The position numbers and the translations under genes were made by a program. From Octopus vulgaris (taxonomy: Eukaryota), in NCBI GenBank assembly GCA_951406725.2, contig OX597822.1, positions 77,004,001 through 77,068,000 of the forward strand: 64,000 bases of DNA. Direction: 5' to 3'. Below are positions 25,412 to 38,769 of this stretch, piece by piece (the stretch's first letter is position 1; each line of letters starts with the position of its first letter). The notes beneath the pieces are model-generated. The model ran no database searches and was not told where the DNA came from. It was given only the letters and a program-made list of their open reading frames with translations.

Positions 25412-26572
25412 GCTCAGCCTATCTCAGATGTCCGGTAAAAGTCAACAGCACTATCATGTAAATATAATTTCTTTAAAATAAACAGTAGGTGATGTGATTT
25501 GGATGTTAGATATAAGGGAAGTAACCGCTGTCGTCTTGTGAAACTGATGGCAATTCATAGACTTAACTTTGGAGGAAGAGAAAAATATAAAATAGAATCG
25601 CTGCTGTTATTTTGCCGTAAACAATGTTGATCAATGATTTTATATGTTCTACGTGAAAATGTTGAAACAAGACTTCTGCATGAAAAGATAACGAGGAAGC
25701 TGATGGTTACGACGACTTTGTTGATGATGAAAAGCAACAGGAGGAAAATTAGAGTGATTCCAAGGAAATGATGATGAAGTAACTAATAATATCTCGTTCT
25801 TGTATTTGGCTTGCAAGATTCTTCATGTGAACTTGCATGTTGAAACATTTTGGTATATTGCGGGAGGGTCATAATGACACTTGTAAACACATGCACTGGT
25901 TCTATTGCACTTCTATTTCACTTTTATTAATGTCAGTCAACTAATAAACCATTTACCCGACTTAACCGATCGACTGTCTGGTTAATTGCTCAGTCGGTCA
26001 CTCAACCAGCTAGGCTTGTCAAAGTTCATTCATCGACATCCGCGACTGGGAAACAGACAAACCTAAAGCAAAGAAGACATGTCTGATGAGGATGCGAATG
26101 ACGACGAAAGAACTTTCACAAACTCGGTGAACTTATTGATTGATGGAATGATTAATCAAACGATCGATTAGTTATTTAGTTAAATAGTTAACGAAGTGAC
26201 TAATAAAGAGGTGAAATAATTCCAGTGCGTGTGTTTATTATTGGCATTTCGACCTTCCCGAAATACGACATAACAAAAAGTTGTCCAAATATTCTAAAAA
26301 GACAAAAAATGGTAGAATAAAGTGTCTAAAAGAGAAATATCGAAGGTGTCTCGAGAAAGTAGAACAGTTTAATAAACGAAGAAATAGGTTAGAACAGAAA
26401 AATGAAACGGAGTCGAATGGTTCGGTAGTTAGGTTTGTAATCCATTTAGTTTCAAGTTCAATCTCACACCGCAGAAGCTTGGACATCTGTCTTTTACTTG
26501 AGATTAGTGTTGGTCAATGTCGTGTAAGTAGCATTTGGTAAACGGAAACTGTACGGAAGCCGGTCATATAGT

Positions 26573-28058
26573 GAAGGCGCGTGGTTTAGTGGTTAGGATA
26601 CTCGGCACGTGATCGTAAGGTTGTGTGTTCGATTCCCGGCGGCGTGTTGTGTCCTTGAGCGAAACACTTTATTTCATGTTTCGGGGCTAATGCAGTTTCT
26701 CACCTCTTCTTGAAAAATGCAGTTTTTTGAAAAAATTTTTTCAGATTCCTACGTTTTAGACGTCGGAGATTACGAATATGCAAAAAAATAATAATTTAGC
26801 CCCCCACCCACCCCAAATTAAAATTTTTGATTTTGTTTAACAAGGTCGTAGCGAATTGACGAGCATATGCAAATCGAAATTAAATCCAGACAAAAACATT
26901 AAAGTGAAGAGAATTTGCGTTTTACTTGTGTAAATAAGAATTTAATGTAAATTGAATACACCATTTTATGAGAAACAAACACTAATGTTTAATGATGAAT
27001 GTTTAATAAGGGGCTCAAATTTCACCCCCTCCCTCAATTTTAAATTTTGAACTTTTTCATCCATTTATTTATTTATCTGTCTATCTATTTATCCCTGTGC
27101 ATTTATTCATAAAATATCTTTGTCAACTAAATGTGGCGGTCCTATAGAAGGCGGTGTTACTGTTGTTTTTAGCCCCAGGAAGACATTCATATCTATCTCT
27201 TTATACACATACCTCTATTGCTTGCTTCAGGCATTTGACTGTGGCCATGCTGGAGCACCGCCTTTAGTCGAGCAAATCGACCGCAGGACTTATTCTTTGT
27301 AAACCTAGTATTTATGCTATCGGTCTCTTTTGCCGAACTGCTAAGTTACGGGGACGTAAACACACCAGCATCGGTTGTCAAGCGATGTTGGGGGACAAAC
27401 ACAGACACAAACATACAAACACACACATATATACGACGGGCTTCTTTCTGTTTCCGTCTACCAAATCCATTCACAAGGCTTTGGTCGGCTCGAGACTATA
27501 GTAGAAGACATTTGCCCAAGATACCACGCAGTGGGACTGAACCCGGAACCATGTGGTTGGTAAGCAAGCTACTTACCACACAGTCATTCCTACGCCTATC
27601 TATATGCTTATTGAATTTAAAATTTTGAAAACGTGGTTTCTTGCACATTCGGAATCTCCGTCATCTAAAACATAAGGGGCAAAAAATTTCGAAAAAGTTC
27701 AAAATTTTAGTGGGAGGGGAGTGGTGGTGGGGGTTAAAAATTTTTTCCGCATATTCGTAATCTCCGACATCTTAAACGTAGGAATCTGGAAAAAAATTTT
27801 TTTTTTTAAATGCATTTTTCAAGGAGAGATGCGAAACTGCATTAGTCCCCATGTTTTTCCAGTCCACTCAGCTGGCAAAAATGAGTTGTACATGGAATTC
27901 AAAGGGGCCAACATTGTCCCATTCAGTGTCACGCTGAATATCCCAGAGAACCACGTTAAGGGCACGTGTGTGTGTGTGTGTGTGGAGTACTCACCCACTT
28001 GCACGTTAATTCCACGAGCAGACTAGAACCCACGTCGTCGCAACCGACGGCGTGCCAG
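26573..28058 (+). mobile_element. SINE family C split by a MITE insertion
   Basis: Head at 26573-26682; body resumes at 27850. Confidence 0.8.
26683..27849. mobile_element. MITE with ~125-bp TIRs and 8-bp TSD (Merlin-like), containing a family A SINE (27224-27597, minus)
   Basis: GGGGCTAATGCAGTTT.../...AAACTGCATTAGTCCC; TSD CATGTTTC / CATGTTTT; fragment also at ~44680-44900. Confidence 0.85.
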
Positions 28059-29459
28059 TGTGTATGTGCCTGTTTCCGTGTCTAAGTTTACTGGTGGTTT
28101 GACAGGTTGCACCCTCTCTATATCTAAAATGAAAATCGTAGCGATTCAAGAAATAAAAATCTAAAACAATGTGTAACTAGCTACATCTATCCTCGTTTAT
28201 CGCGGATTCGTTCATCACCGCTCCGAATAACACGGCACGCTAATGGTTAATCGTGTCACGCTTATCACGACTTGATGTGTGATAACACGGGTCGTCGATC
28301 AGTCAAAGATCCTTAGACAGCAACCATCCACAATACTCAGGACAACTTGAGGGTCTCGAAACGAAACCAATTTTTCTATATGTTATATTATTCATTCATC
28401 ACTGATTGATTTAACACGCCATTATATTTTTGTAACCAAACATTCGTGATAAACAAGGACAGATATAGGGTAAGTGCCTTAGAACAACTGTGGTCCATTG
28501 AGTGAAACCAATAAAAGATTATTTTGCATGTCAGCACTATAACCATAGAATTGTAGAATCCAGAACATTTTGAAGGGCACACATACAACCTCAAAAAACA
28601 ATAGTCCAAGATGTTGTACAGTAGGATCAAACCCAGTACCCCGTGACTGAGAAGTTCACTTCAAAGCCATTCACCCATACAGAGTCCCTGGTATTCAGTG
28701 AGCAATAAAAAACGTGCACGTAATTCTGAAGTGAATTTAGGAAAACTATCCCCGTAGAAAACATTACTTCAGAACACACACACACGAAGGGTTCTCTAAA
28801 CAAAGCAACTGAATAACGAACGGTTTCTCTGAAGAAAATTAAACTCGCAAAACGAGCTGAAATTTGATGACCAAACAACGAACAGATTACGATCGCAGAC
28901 AAGCGACTGAAAACCCATTCGCTTAGCGAACTGAAATCCCTACAACAAAACACGAGTAGATTACACAGCATATAAGTGCAGAGATAGCATATACGAACGA
29001 TATGGTAAATGAACAAACTGTATAACGAACAGTTTTTCCGAAGAAAATAATATTCGACCAACGAACTGAAAATCGAACAGCAAAATCACTAGTAGACTAC
29101 ACACGCATATAAGTGGCCGGGAGTGGGTGTATAAGCAGTTCGTTAATGTCCATGTACACATTTCATGTAGTTTCCACATTTTCATACATTATATAGAAAA
29201 TAAGTATAAACATAATCTTATAAACACAAATTTCGACTAAAACAGAAAGAAACTAAAATTAGTGTTTGTGATTAGAAAAGAACGCGTAATTAAGACAAAC
29301 CGTCGATTCGCTACGGTCTCTTTAAACAAAATAAGTAATAAACATAATCTATCTCGGAGCCCCTATTCGTTAATCAACTTATATATATATAATGAAAAAT
29401 TATAGAGGTGAACCCTTTTCAACAAACAAGAGCGTTGGGCTCAATCTATTGAGTGATTA

Positions 29460-30293
29460 AAGTATTAATTTGAAAGAGACAAGTTCCAAGGTCAATAATA
29501 CACCTCATCAAAGCCGACGAATATCTAAACACAGAATGTATATCATAAGCCATTATTGAGCATGCGAGACACACAACATACAAAAACGTATACATATAAT
29601 AGTGTAATTCAAATAAAAGTCGGATAAGTAATTTCATAAATACTTAAAAATAAATTAAGAAGTTCAAGCTGATGAGATAACACTTCACAATAATCCAAGA
29701 TGGAAGTCCTCAAACGAATCCAGTAAACAGAAAGAGTATTATGGCCGTTTCCGGAAACGTACAAAGCAGGGTGTCGGGAAGATCTTTTGAACTTCCGTAA
29801 TCTACATTTCCTTCATCAGAGAATATGTACGGATTTGTTTATAATTACTGTGTATTCTTAAACATATTTTTACAATCTCACGAATAACTTCATGATTTTG
29901 TTTAAAAATTCCAAATCCGTACATATTCTCTGATGAAGGAGATGGGGATTACCGAAGTTCAAATGGTCTTACCTACCCACTTCTTCGCACATTCCCGGAA
30001 ACGGCCGTAAGATTCTTTCTATTCATTGGATTCATTTGAGAACTCCCCTTTTGGATTATTGTGAACTGTTATCTCATCAGCTTGGACCTCTTAATTCATT
30101 TGTATCTATTTATGCAATTACTTACCCGATTTGAGCACGGAATTATACTATTATATGTATATATATGTTTTTCTATGTTATGTGTCTCGCATGCTCAATA
30201 ATGGCTTATATAAGCCCTCAGTGTTTAGATGTATGTCGGCTTTGATGAGGAATATTATTGACCTTGGAACTTGTCCCTTTCGAATTAATACTT
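29460..30293. repeat. Foldback with ~380-bp diverged arms, each carrying a hammerhead-like motif
   Basis: 29460-29837 versus 29912-30293 reverse complement; (TA)n on both sides. Confidence 0.9.
29925..30014 (+). ncRNA. Type I hammerhead-like motif with extended stem II
   Basis: UCU-CUGAUGA-A-GGAGAUG...CAUUCCC-G-GAAA-CGGCCG-UA-AGA; palindromic stem III, GUA site. Confidence 0.55.
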
Positions 30294-30641
30294 ATATATA
30301 TATATATATATATTTTTTTTTCTTTCATTCTTGTACTTGTTTGAGTCATGAGACTGCGGCCATGCTGGTGCACCGCTTTGAAGAATTTTTAGTCGAACTT
30401 ATCTACCCCAGTACTTATTTTTCTAAAGCCTGGTTCTTCTATCGTTTTCTTTTTGCTGAAACGCCAAGTAAAAAGGATGTAGACACACCAACACCGGTTG
30501 TCAAGGAGTGATGAGAAACAAACACAAAGACACACACACCTCGGTCCAAGGCCCTAGTAAAAGAGACATCCTCAAAGTGCCACGCTGTGAGACTGAACCC
30601 GGAACCATGTGGTTGAGAAGCCAGCTACTTCTGCACTTATA

Positions 30642-30816
30642 CAGTAATCCCTCGCCATATCGCGGTTCATTATTTAAGCTTACGTCGATTCCTCCGTGGT
30701 GTTGTTTTGCATTTATAATTTAAAAAATACCGCACAGTACTGTTTCTACTTTGCGGATTTTCACGCATCGCGAGTGGTTTTGGAACGTAACACCCACGAT
30801 AGTCGATGTATTACTG
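30642..30816. mobile_element. Tc1/mariner (Tigger/pogo-like) MITE
   Basis: TA|CAGTAATCCCTCG...CGATGTATTACTG. Confidence 0.6.
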
Positions 30817-30882
30817 CATATGCAAGTAGTTTTGAAATCGTTTCGTTATATGTCGGTATAAAACAAGATAAGACCAAATACT

Positions 30883-31222
30883 GAGACCCCCTTCGGTCAC
30901 GGCACAGACCGTGGGATTGCACCTAGAAAGTTACCCTCCCAGGCACAAGTCCGGGCAAGGTTGTTTATGGAAGACTAGCAGTCGCCCATGCACATCGGCC
31001 TCCCCATCTCCACGCCACCAGTATTATTCAAGGGAAAGGCAAAGGCCGATACAGCTTGGCACCTGTGACGTCTCAACTCATTGCTACAGCTGAGTGAACT
31101 GGAGCAACGTGAAATAAAGTGTCTTGCTCAAGAAGACAAACACGCAGACCGGTCCGAGATTCGGACTCACAACCTCACGATCGTAAGCTCGACGCTGTAA
31201 CCACTGAGCTATGCGCCTTCAT
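30883..31222 (-). mobile_element. tRNA-derived SINE (family C head, alternative tail)
   Basis: Minus strand GAAGGCGCATAGCTCAGTGG..; tail shared with ~10477-10600. Confidence 0.7.
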
Positions 31223-32796
31223 ATGACCAAATACTATAAGATAAAAAATTGTATACCACGACTGACAAACTGAATGTTTGTTTGCTTTTATTTTGCCTTT
31301 CTTTTGTATACAGTATTTTAAAAAAACTCAAAGCATAATGGAAAACGACTCTCGTCACACTTTTTTAACGAACATCTTTAGATACAATCTTTATACGTCT
31401 TCAATCTAATATCTGAAGGTCGTGACCCTTTTAACGTACGACAATGCTTAAAATAGAAAATATACAATGAAAACTAAAGCATTAAATGGTACACGTTTCT
31501 GCAACAGTCTCTGATTGATCATTCTTGGATATAGTGAGCGCAAAATATAATCTCAAGATTAAAACAGACAACGTCTGGCTTCCAAGGTTCGAGTGTAATT
31601 TAGGAGAATCGCCCCGTGGTACTTGTGGAACGCATTTGTTAGATTAGACAACAGTATAGAATTCGATTAACTATTTTTTTCTTTTTTTAAACTTGACAAA
31701 AGCAGTGTTTAAGTGTTAGAATTTAGATTAGGGTGTCGTCCATTTTATATTTCACAATTTTCTCATGCAGAGTTCAAATTCGCTATATAAGTCTTCTACA
31801 CCGATTCAATTCTTGTATAAAATGTCTTCACAGATATCTTTTAGTTTATATACACGAATATTTAATATTGGCTTCTAATTTTTGCACTAGGCCAGCCATT
31901 TCGGGAGATGAGATAAGTCGATTAGATCGACCCTAGTGCTCGACTGGCAATTATTCTATCCACCCCGAAAGGATGAAAGGCAAAGTCGACCTCAGCGGAT
32001 TTTGAACCCAGAACGTAAAGACGGACTAAATATTCTTTTCTATTCTAGGCACAAGGCCCGCATCTTTTCTTTTCTTTTTTTTTTTTCTTAGATGCTAAAC
32101 ATTTTCCCCGGTGCGCTAACGAACCCGCCAACTCGCCACAAAGATTCAATATTATAAAACATAAACACATCGTACTTTAAGAAAATAATCTCATGGGATG
32201 CTTCTTTCCGCTCCAAACTTCTTACAACAAATATTTTGTCTTTCAATTTTTTGTCTTAATTACATATTCTTTTCTAAGCACAAACACTAACTTTAGTTTC
32301 TTTCTGTTTTTGTCAGAATTTTTGTTTTGAGTTGAAAATAGTTTCTCACGTAATGGCGGACATTATTTTTACTAACAATATTCAAAGCTTTCTTGAAAAA
32401 AACCTGCTATAACTAAGAACTCATTTAGTTCTCTTCACTAAAATTGCTTTTGTGCTGTTTCCGTCTGTGCTGACGCTACCTTGTTCTTGTACTCACGAAA
32501 CTCAACATTAAAAAGTACGATTAGGTGGCACACTGGGGAACTAGTCTGTGCCGTTATTTGAAGCACAGTAAAATCAATCGTTTCATTGCCTCGTATTGCT
32601 GAGTTCAACTTCCTCCCTCGTGAACATGGTATAAAGAAGAATGAAATCTCCTGAACAGACTGGATTGCACCAGATGTTATGATACACAACAGAAAGGAAG
32701 AAAGAAACGTTTGAGCAAAAACTTGCAAAATAATAATAAACTAGAAGCGTTATTGCGACTAATTTGAGTGTTATTGTTTTTGCTATTTATTTAGAT

Positions 32797-33855
32797 AAGG
32801 AGGCGAGCTGGCAGAATCATTAGCACGCAGGACGAAATGCTTAGCGGTATTTCGCTCGTCGTTACGTTCTGAGTTCAAATTCTACCGAGGTCGACTTTGC
32901 CTTTCATCCTTTCGGTGTCGATGAAATAAGTACCAGTTACGTACTGAGGTCGATGAAATCGACTATCCTCCTTCCCCAAATTTAAGGCCTTGTGCCTATA
33001 GCAGAAAAGAATTGTTAGTACACCGGGCAAAATGTTTAGTGGTATTTCGTTCGTCTTTCCGTTCTGAGTTCAAATTCCACCGAGGTCGCCTTTGCCTTTC
33101 ATCCTTTCGGGGTTGGTAAATTAAGTACAGTCATGTACTAGGGTCGATCTGATCGACATTCCTCTTTCCCCCACTAGCGTAACTAAGGGGAGGGGCGGTA
33201 GGGGCAGTCCACCCCGGATGACACTTTTGGGTCTGTTGTCGGCAATAGGTGTTTTTTGTGGGGTCCGGGGACGGCAAGCGGAAAGGCTGCCCAGGGTAGC
33301 ACACACTCTAGCTACGCTAGTGCCTCCCCACAAATTTCAGGCCTTATGCCTCTAGTAGAAAGAATTACTATTAAGATAGTGAGCTGGTAGAATAGTTAGC
33401 ACGCCGGGCAAAATATTTAGCGATATTTCGTCCGTCTTCACGTTCTGAGTTCAAATTCTGCTGAGGTCGACTCTGCCTTTCATCCTTTCGGAATCGATGA
33501 ATTAAGAATTAATGAAACACTGGGGTCGATATAAGCGACTAGTCCCTTCTCCCCAAATTTCAGGCCTTGTGCCTTCAGTAAAAAGGACTGTTATTTATTT
33601 AGTTTGATGTCTTAAGGTTTTAAGTTCAAATCCCAACGGTGTCGATAACATATCAATAACATCCTGGAAATGCAAAATGCTTAGCGACATTTCTTCTGAC
33701 TTTACCGTTCTGATTTCAAATGTCACCGGGGTCGAAGTAGCCTTTCTTGCCTTCATGGTCGATAAAATAAGTACTAGTTGAGCACTGGGGTCGATTTAAT
33801 CACTTTAGCCCCTTCTCCGAAATTGTTGGCCTTGTGCCAAAATTTGAAAACAATA
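32797..33855 (+). repeat. Tandem cluster of 4-5 family B SINE copies
   Basis: GTTCTGAGTTCAAATTC..GAGGTCG..GCCTTTCATCCTTTCG recurs head-to-tail. Confidence 0.85.
33172..33322. mobile_element. GC-rich MITE (hAT-like) inserted in the SINE cluster
   Basis: TIRs CACTAGCGTA / TACGCTAGTG. Confidence 0.7.
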
Positions 33856-34339
33856 TACTAAAAATAATCCAATTTACTGAAATAACTTATAAACATTGAT
33901 ATGTGGTTAGTCAGAAGAAATTTATTCGTATTGCTGTTGGTATCATTTAATCCAAGTTGGTTCCTGATTGAGCCCATATACCTCGCGTATCAGCAAAGTT
34001 ATTCAAATTTTAGATTCGGCTTCGAACCTTTGTTTCTCGGGAATGTTGAAATATAATTTAATGCAATTATCAGAAGTTTTTTCAACACTAATAGACTCTA
34101 CTTTTGAGCCAAACAAAAAAAGAATGTTGATTACTTTTCAAGCTTACCAGAAGAATTGTGATGAAGTCGACAATGGACGAAAGGACATTTTCATAAATAA
34201 TTAACCATATTGAGAGCTCATAACCAGGGTTGATGAGCTCGTAAAGAAATGGAATAAAGTTCGAATGGAAGCTTGACAATTCAGGCCGAAATTCTATCTG
34301 TTAGACATCAAGAATTTCTTCTCTTTTGAAAATAACTTC

Positions 34340-35250
34340 CTCAACCCGCTTCCTTATTACACCACAAGCTTTCTTAATGAATTCTTAATGGAAGGAGTTT
34401 TTGAGGGCTTGCAGGTTACTGTGGGGGTAACTCACAAGCTTTTCTGACCAGTTCATTCCAGATGTTGACGTCTAAAAGGTTCAAATCAGGTGAGGAAGGG
34501 GGCTAAGTGTCCTTATCCCCAAACCTGTTCCCAAACTCATCCCTAAGAAATTTCTGATCCACTGTAATTGTGTGACAAGTAGCCCCATCTTGCAAGAGTG
34601 TAAACTTAGCCCCATCTTGCAGGAATGTAAACAAGTCCTTAGCGATCTTGTTGGAGTTTCCTCAGGATATTCAGAAAGAATTCAGGTCTTTGCATCTTTC
34701 AAAACCTAAACATAAATTCTTGTCAGAGTCTCAGCTTTCTCCAACATGATCAATGGTATCTTCTTGCCATCACAAGCCACACAGGCAAAAATCATTACCT
34801 TGGCAGAGTTTTTGAATCTGAAAATGACATTTTTGTCTCTCTCGTAAGGATCTGAAACCAGAACGTGGCTGCCGCGTCTGCTTGTGTGCGTACCTTGGGC
34901 GAAATTCCTCTCATTTGTGTAAAAGATCACTCCAAGATTACGTTCCACTCTGTTCAAGATGATCTTCACCTTCTCCAATCTTCTGACCTTTCGTCCTGGA
35001 GTAACGAGGTGCCTCACAGGTTTCAGTGCTATTTTATTTTCAAGTCTTCTGTCATCACTCTTTGAACTGTCATAGTTGAAACTCCCCTCTGACGTGCCAA
35101 ACGTCTTATGAATTGAGTTGGGTCTCTTCTGCTTGATCTCTTCAGCTTCAGATTGAAATGATGATCCTTCTTGCAGTTACGATTTCCTGATCCAGTTTTC
35201 CTTTCCACTTTTCCCTCTTTCTCAAGCTTATTCACAATTCTCTCACTCTT
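34340..35250 (-). pseudogene. Decayed Tc1/mariner-superfamily transposase (maT/DD37D-like)
   Basis: HTH region RKTGSG..IRRLARQRGVS..TVQR; KVMIFACV; QDGATCH...*PPSSPDLNLLD; frameshifts and stops. Confidence 0.88.
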
Positions 35251-35261
35251 TCTTCCTGTTT

Positions 35262-35449
35262 CTGTTGTACCTGTATTTCAAAAGGGCCAGCCTTGTTACA
35301 ATCTGCGTCACGCTGAATCTCCCCGAGAACTACGTTAAGGGTACACGTGTCTGTAGAGTGCTCAACCACTTTCACCTTAATTTCACGAGCAGGCTGTTCC
35401 GTTGATCGGATCAACTGAAACCCTTGTCGTCGTAACTGACGGAGTACCA

Positions 35450-35450
<1 letters not shown>
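35262..35450 (+). mobile_element. SINE family C 3' half next to the 5' end of the transposase remnant
   Basis: Matches 44300-44481. Confidence 0.8.
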
Positions 35451-35487
<37 letters not shown>

Positions 35488-35652
35488 AATAATCCATAGG
35501 TTTGAGGAAAGGGAACAATCTAGTATATTGACCCAATTACTTATCAACCCATTGACATTAATGTTTCGAGTCCTGGGACTTATAGGGCGGCTTTTTTTTC
35601 GATTTCCCTGATGTATAAGAGATCGAGAAAACAATGCTCCCCCTGGACGGGA

Positions 35653-36201
35653 CGCGAAATTTTTTCCCACGAGAGTTCCGGACCTCAGTTATGAACTCAT
35701 TTGCATACAACCAATCGGAGCTCAACTATCAAACTAACTTATGTGCGCATAGCAAGTGATGGGTGATAAGATAAAGTCACTTGGGTGAGGAATAACCATG
35801 CTTCTTTTCTCTTTTAAGAATGCTTGTTGTTCTTGTTCTTGTTTCAACCATGGCTGCCTCTGTGTAGTTATTTGTGTTGTTGTTTGCTTTATAAAACTGT
35901 AAGGGGAGAGGGGCGCTAGCACATCACCCTCTACCCACATTTTCCCCATCCACATCTTTACCATAATGGGGCCCCTAACAAAATCCGATAATAGGTATAG
36001 AAGCAAATCTATCTAATTACTTGTCTCCTTCTAAAATCAGACATAACTTGGCGATCGGTCGACTTACAACACCGTTCTTTGTTTTGAGTTTATTTGGTAC
36101 AGTGCGTTTGTTAACTTGACAAGATGTAAGGGAGCTCTGATTGGCTGTATGCAGATGAGTTCATTACTGGGGTCCGGAACTCTCGTGCGGAAAAAATTCG
36201 C
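35653..36201. mobile_element. MITE-like element with ~70-bp inverted repeats
   Basis: CGCGAAATTTTT..GAGAGTTCCGGAC..ATGAACTCATTTGCATACAACCAATC versus its reverse complement at 36132-36201. Confidence 0.75.
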
Positions 36202-37118
36202 GGAGGGACGCTAGTTCGTCGCAAGGTCACTTATTTACAAGTGAGTGGATTAGAGCTTCAGGAATTAAAGTAAAAGGTAATCTTCCAGAGTCATACCGAG
36301 TCATACGGTCTTCTCGGTTTCAAATGCTCAGGGTCTCAAAATGAAGCCGATTTTTTCCATATGCTATATTATTCATTTATCACTGATACGTTTAACGCGG
36401 TTGAGTACTAGGGTCTCTCCTAAAATTGTTATCCTTGTGTCAATACTTGAAAAGACTTAGTGACTTTGGATCAAAGCTGAAATCCTTCAGCATCCGATCT
36501 CTGAATCGAAAGAGCGTCCTTGGCAGCATTTGAACTCAGATCTTTTGAAACCGAACACTGCGAAGATGAGCATTTAGTTCAACGCTTTAACCGTCTCCCC
36601 CAGTTCGTTATCCTATTGCCCTCTAAGTGTGAAATGTCGCTTGTAAGACAGATGTAAAGTGAGCGTACAGTAAACAACGCAAAGTGTACGTGATATAGGC
36701 GATGGTGGCGGCGGCGGTGGTGGTGGTGGTGGTGGTGGCGGCGGAGAGTGGTGGAGGATGCGGTGTAGTAACTATGACCTCATGACACGAAGAGCGGAAT
36801 GAAAGTAACGACTTGGGTATTGTGAGAAGAAGCGGTATGTGTGTGTGTGTGTGTGTGTATGTGTGTGTGTGGTGGGAGGGAAGGGATGTACATAAAAGAA
36901 ACTGCTGATTACGTAATGACATAACTTAGCACAGTCGAGGCAGTTACCATGGTGATGAATTAGGAGCATCTTTGATATACGAGTAGTTTCGTTGTTGCAC
37001 AGATTATTAAAACAGACCGACAGCTTGTTGTCGGTGAAGCATGAGTGCAGATGGGTTTACACGCGCGCACACGCACGAACAGACATACAGGCACACAGAC
37101 GCACCCCTACAGTCACGT

Positions 37119-37160
<42 letters not shown>

Positions 37161-37512
37161 CAATACATACATACACAAATAGATACACACACACAGGTTT
37201 ACACATTAACATATACATACATAATTTCTTACATATATATATATACACACGCGCATACATAGATACGTACATACATACACACATATACATACATACACAG
37301 ATTTATACATAAATACATGCATACATATATACATACATAGATTTATACTTAAATACATACACACACGTACAGACGTATCTATGTAGTCACGCTTGCGCGC
37401 AAATGCGCATCCGCATACACACATACACATAAGAATACATACACACACATACACGTACATATATACACACACGTACAGAAGCAGTCCTGTAGTTACGCTT
37501 GTACGCATACGC

Positions 37513-37563
<51 letters not shown>

Positions 37564-37695
37564 CGTGTATAGCAATACATACATTTATACACTCATATAC
37601 ACACGCACACACCTTCAGATGTAGCCCTGTAGTCACGCTTGCACGCATACACATACACACGTACCAATACATAGGTTTATACGCACACGTGTATG

Positions 37696-37772
<77 letters not shown>

Positions 37773-38312
37773 ACGCACACACACATATCCGCCTAGAGTT
37801 TATACAATGATAATGTAATTAGCTTACAAATATGCAAGCTTAATATGCATATATTATATAAACCAAATTTGCACTGTTATGCAAATTAGGGATGCCTTTC
37901 TCCGAATTTGTCGATACTATAAATAGATGTTTGTTACTGTACTCTCTGTGGATAAGAGCGAGTAATAAGAGAGCATGGAGCTGTGTGGTAAGAAGCTTGC
38001 TTCCCAGCCGCATGATTCAGGGTTCAGTCTCATTGCGTGGCACCTTGGGTAAATATTTTCTTTAATAGCCTCGAGCCATGTGAGTGGATTTGGTTGACGG
38101 AAACTGAAAGAATCCCGTCGTATATATTTATTATTTTACTTGTTTCAGTCATTTGACTGCAGCCAAGCTGGAGCACCACCTCAAAGGGATTTTATTGGAA
38201 GAAATCGACCCAAGGACTTATTCTTTGTAAGCCTAGTACTTATTCTAATGGTCTCTTTTGCCGAACCGCTAAGTTACGGGGACGTAAACACACCAGCATC
38301 GGTTATTAAGCG

Positions 38313-38537
38313 ATGTCGGGAGGACCTCCATGTTGGACTGCTGAACTCTACACTGTTTTTTTCTCTTTCCGTTTTTCCATTCTCTCCGTTTTTCCCCCTT
38401 ATCCCTTTCTTCCGAAGAGCGTAGACTCGAAACGTAAAAGACGTTTCTATTTTTCCCCAGCGTCAAACTATTACACCTGCTTGTTGTTCCTACACTTGGC
38501 TTCATCGTTTTTCTGCAAATTTGAACAACACACACAC

Positions 38538-38540
<3 letters not shown>
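38313..38540 (+). mobile_element. Short PLE pLTR-like element with degenerate hammerhead motif (38405-38440)
   Basis: CUUU-CUUCCGA-A-GAGC(GUAG)ACUC-GAAA-CG-UA-AAAG; ends at (TA)n. Confidence 0.6.
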
Positions 38541-38605
<65 letters not shown>

Positions 38606-38769
38606 TATATAGGTGAGAAAGTTGGTGTGTGAAAGCACGTGGTTGGATATATAAAAAATATAAAAAAGTGAAAAAACTACAGAAGGCTTGTTTTATAAGG
38701 TTAAAGAATATATTTAAGTCGTTATGTTAGAAAAATGTTATAAAATTTTGTATATAGTAACAGTTTTTG

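Noticed and set aside
32438-32728. Small secreted-protein ORF on the minus strand
   Set aside because: TTG start, no recognisable domain and no splice support.
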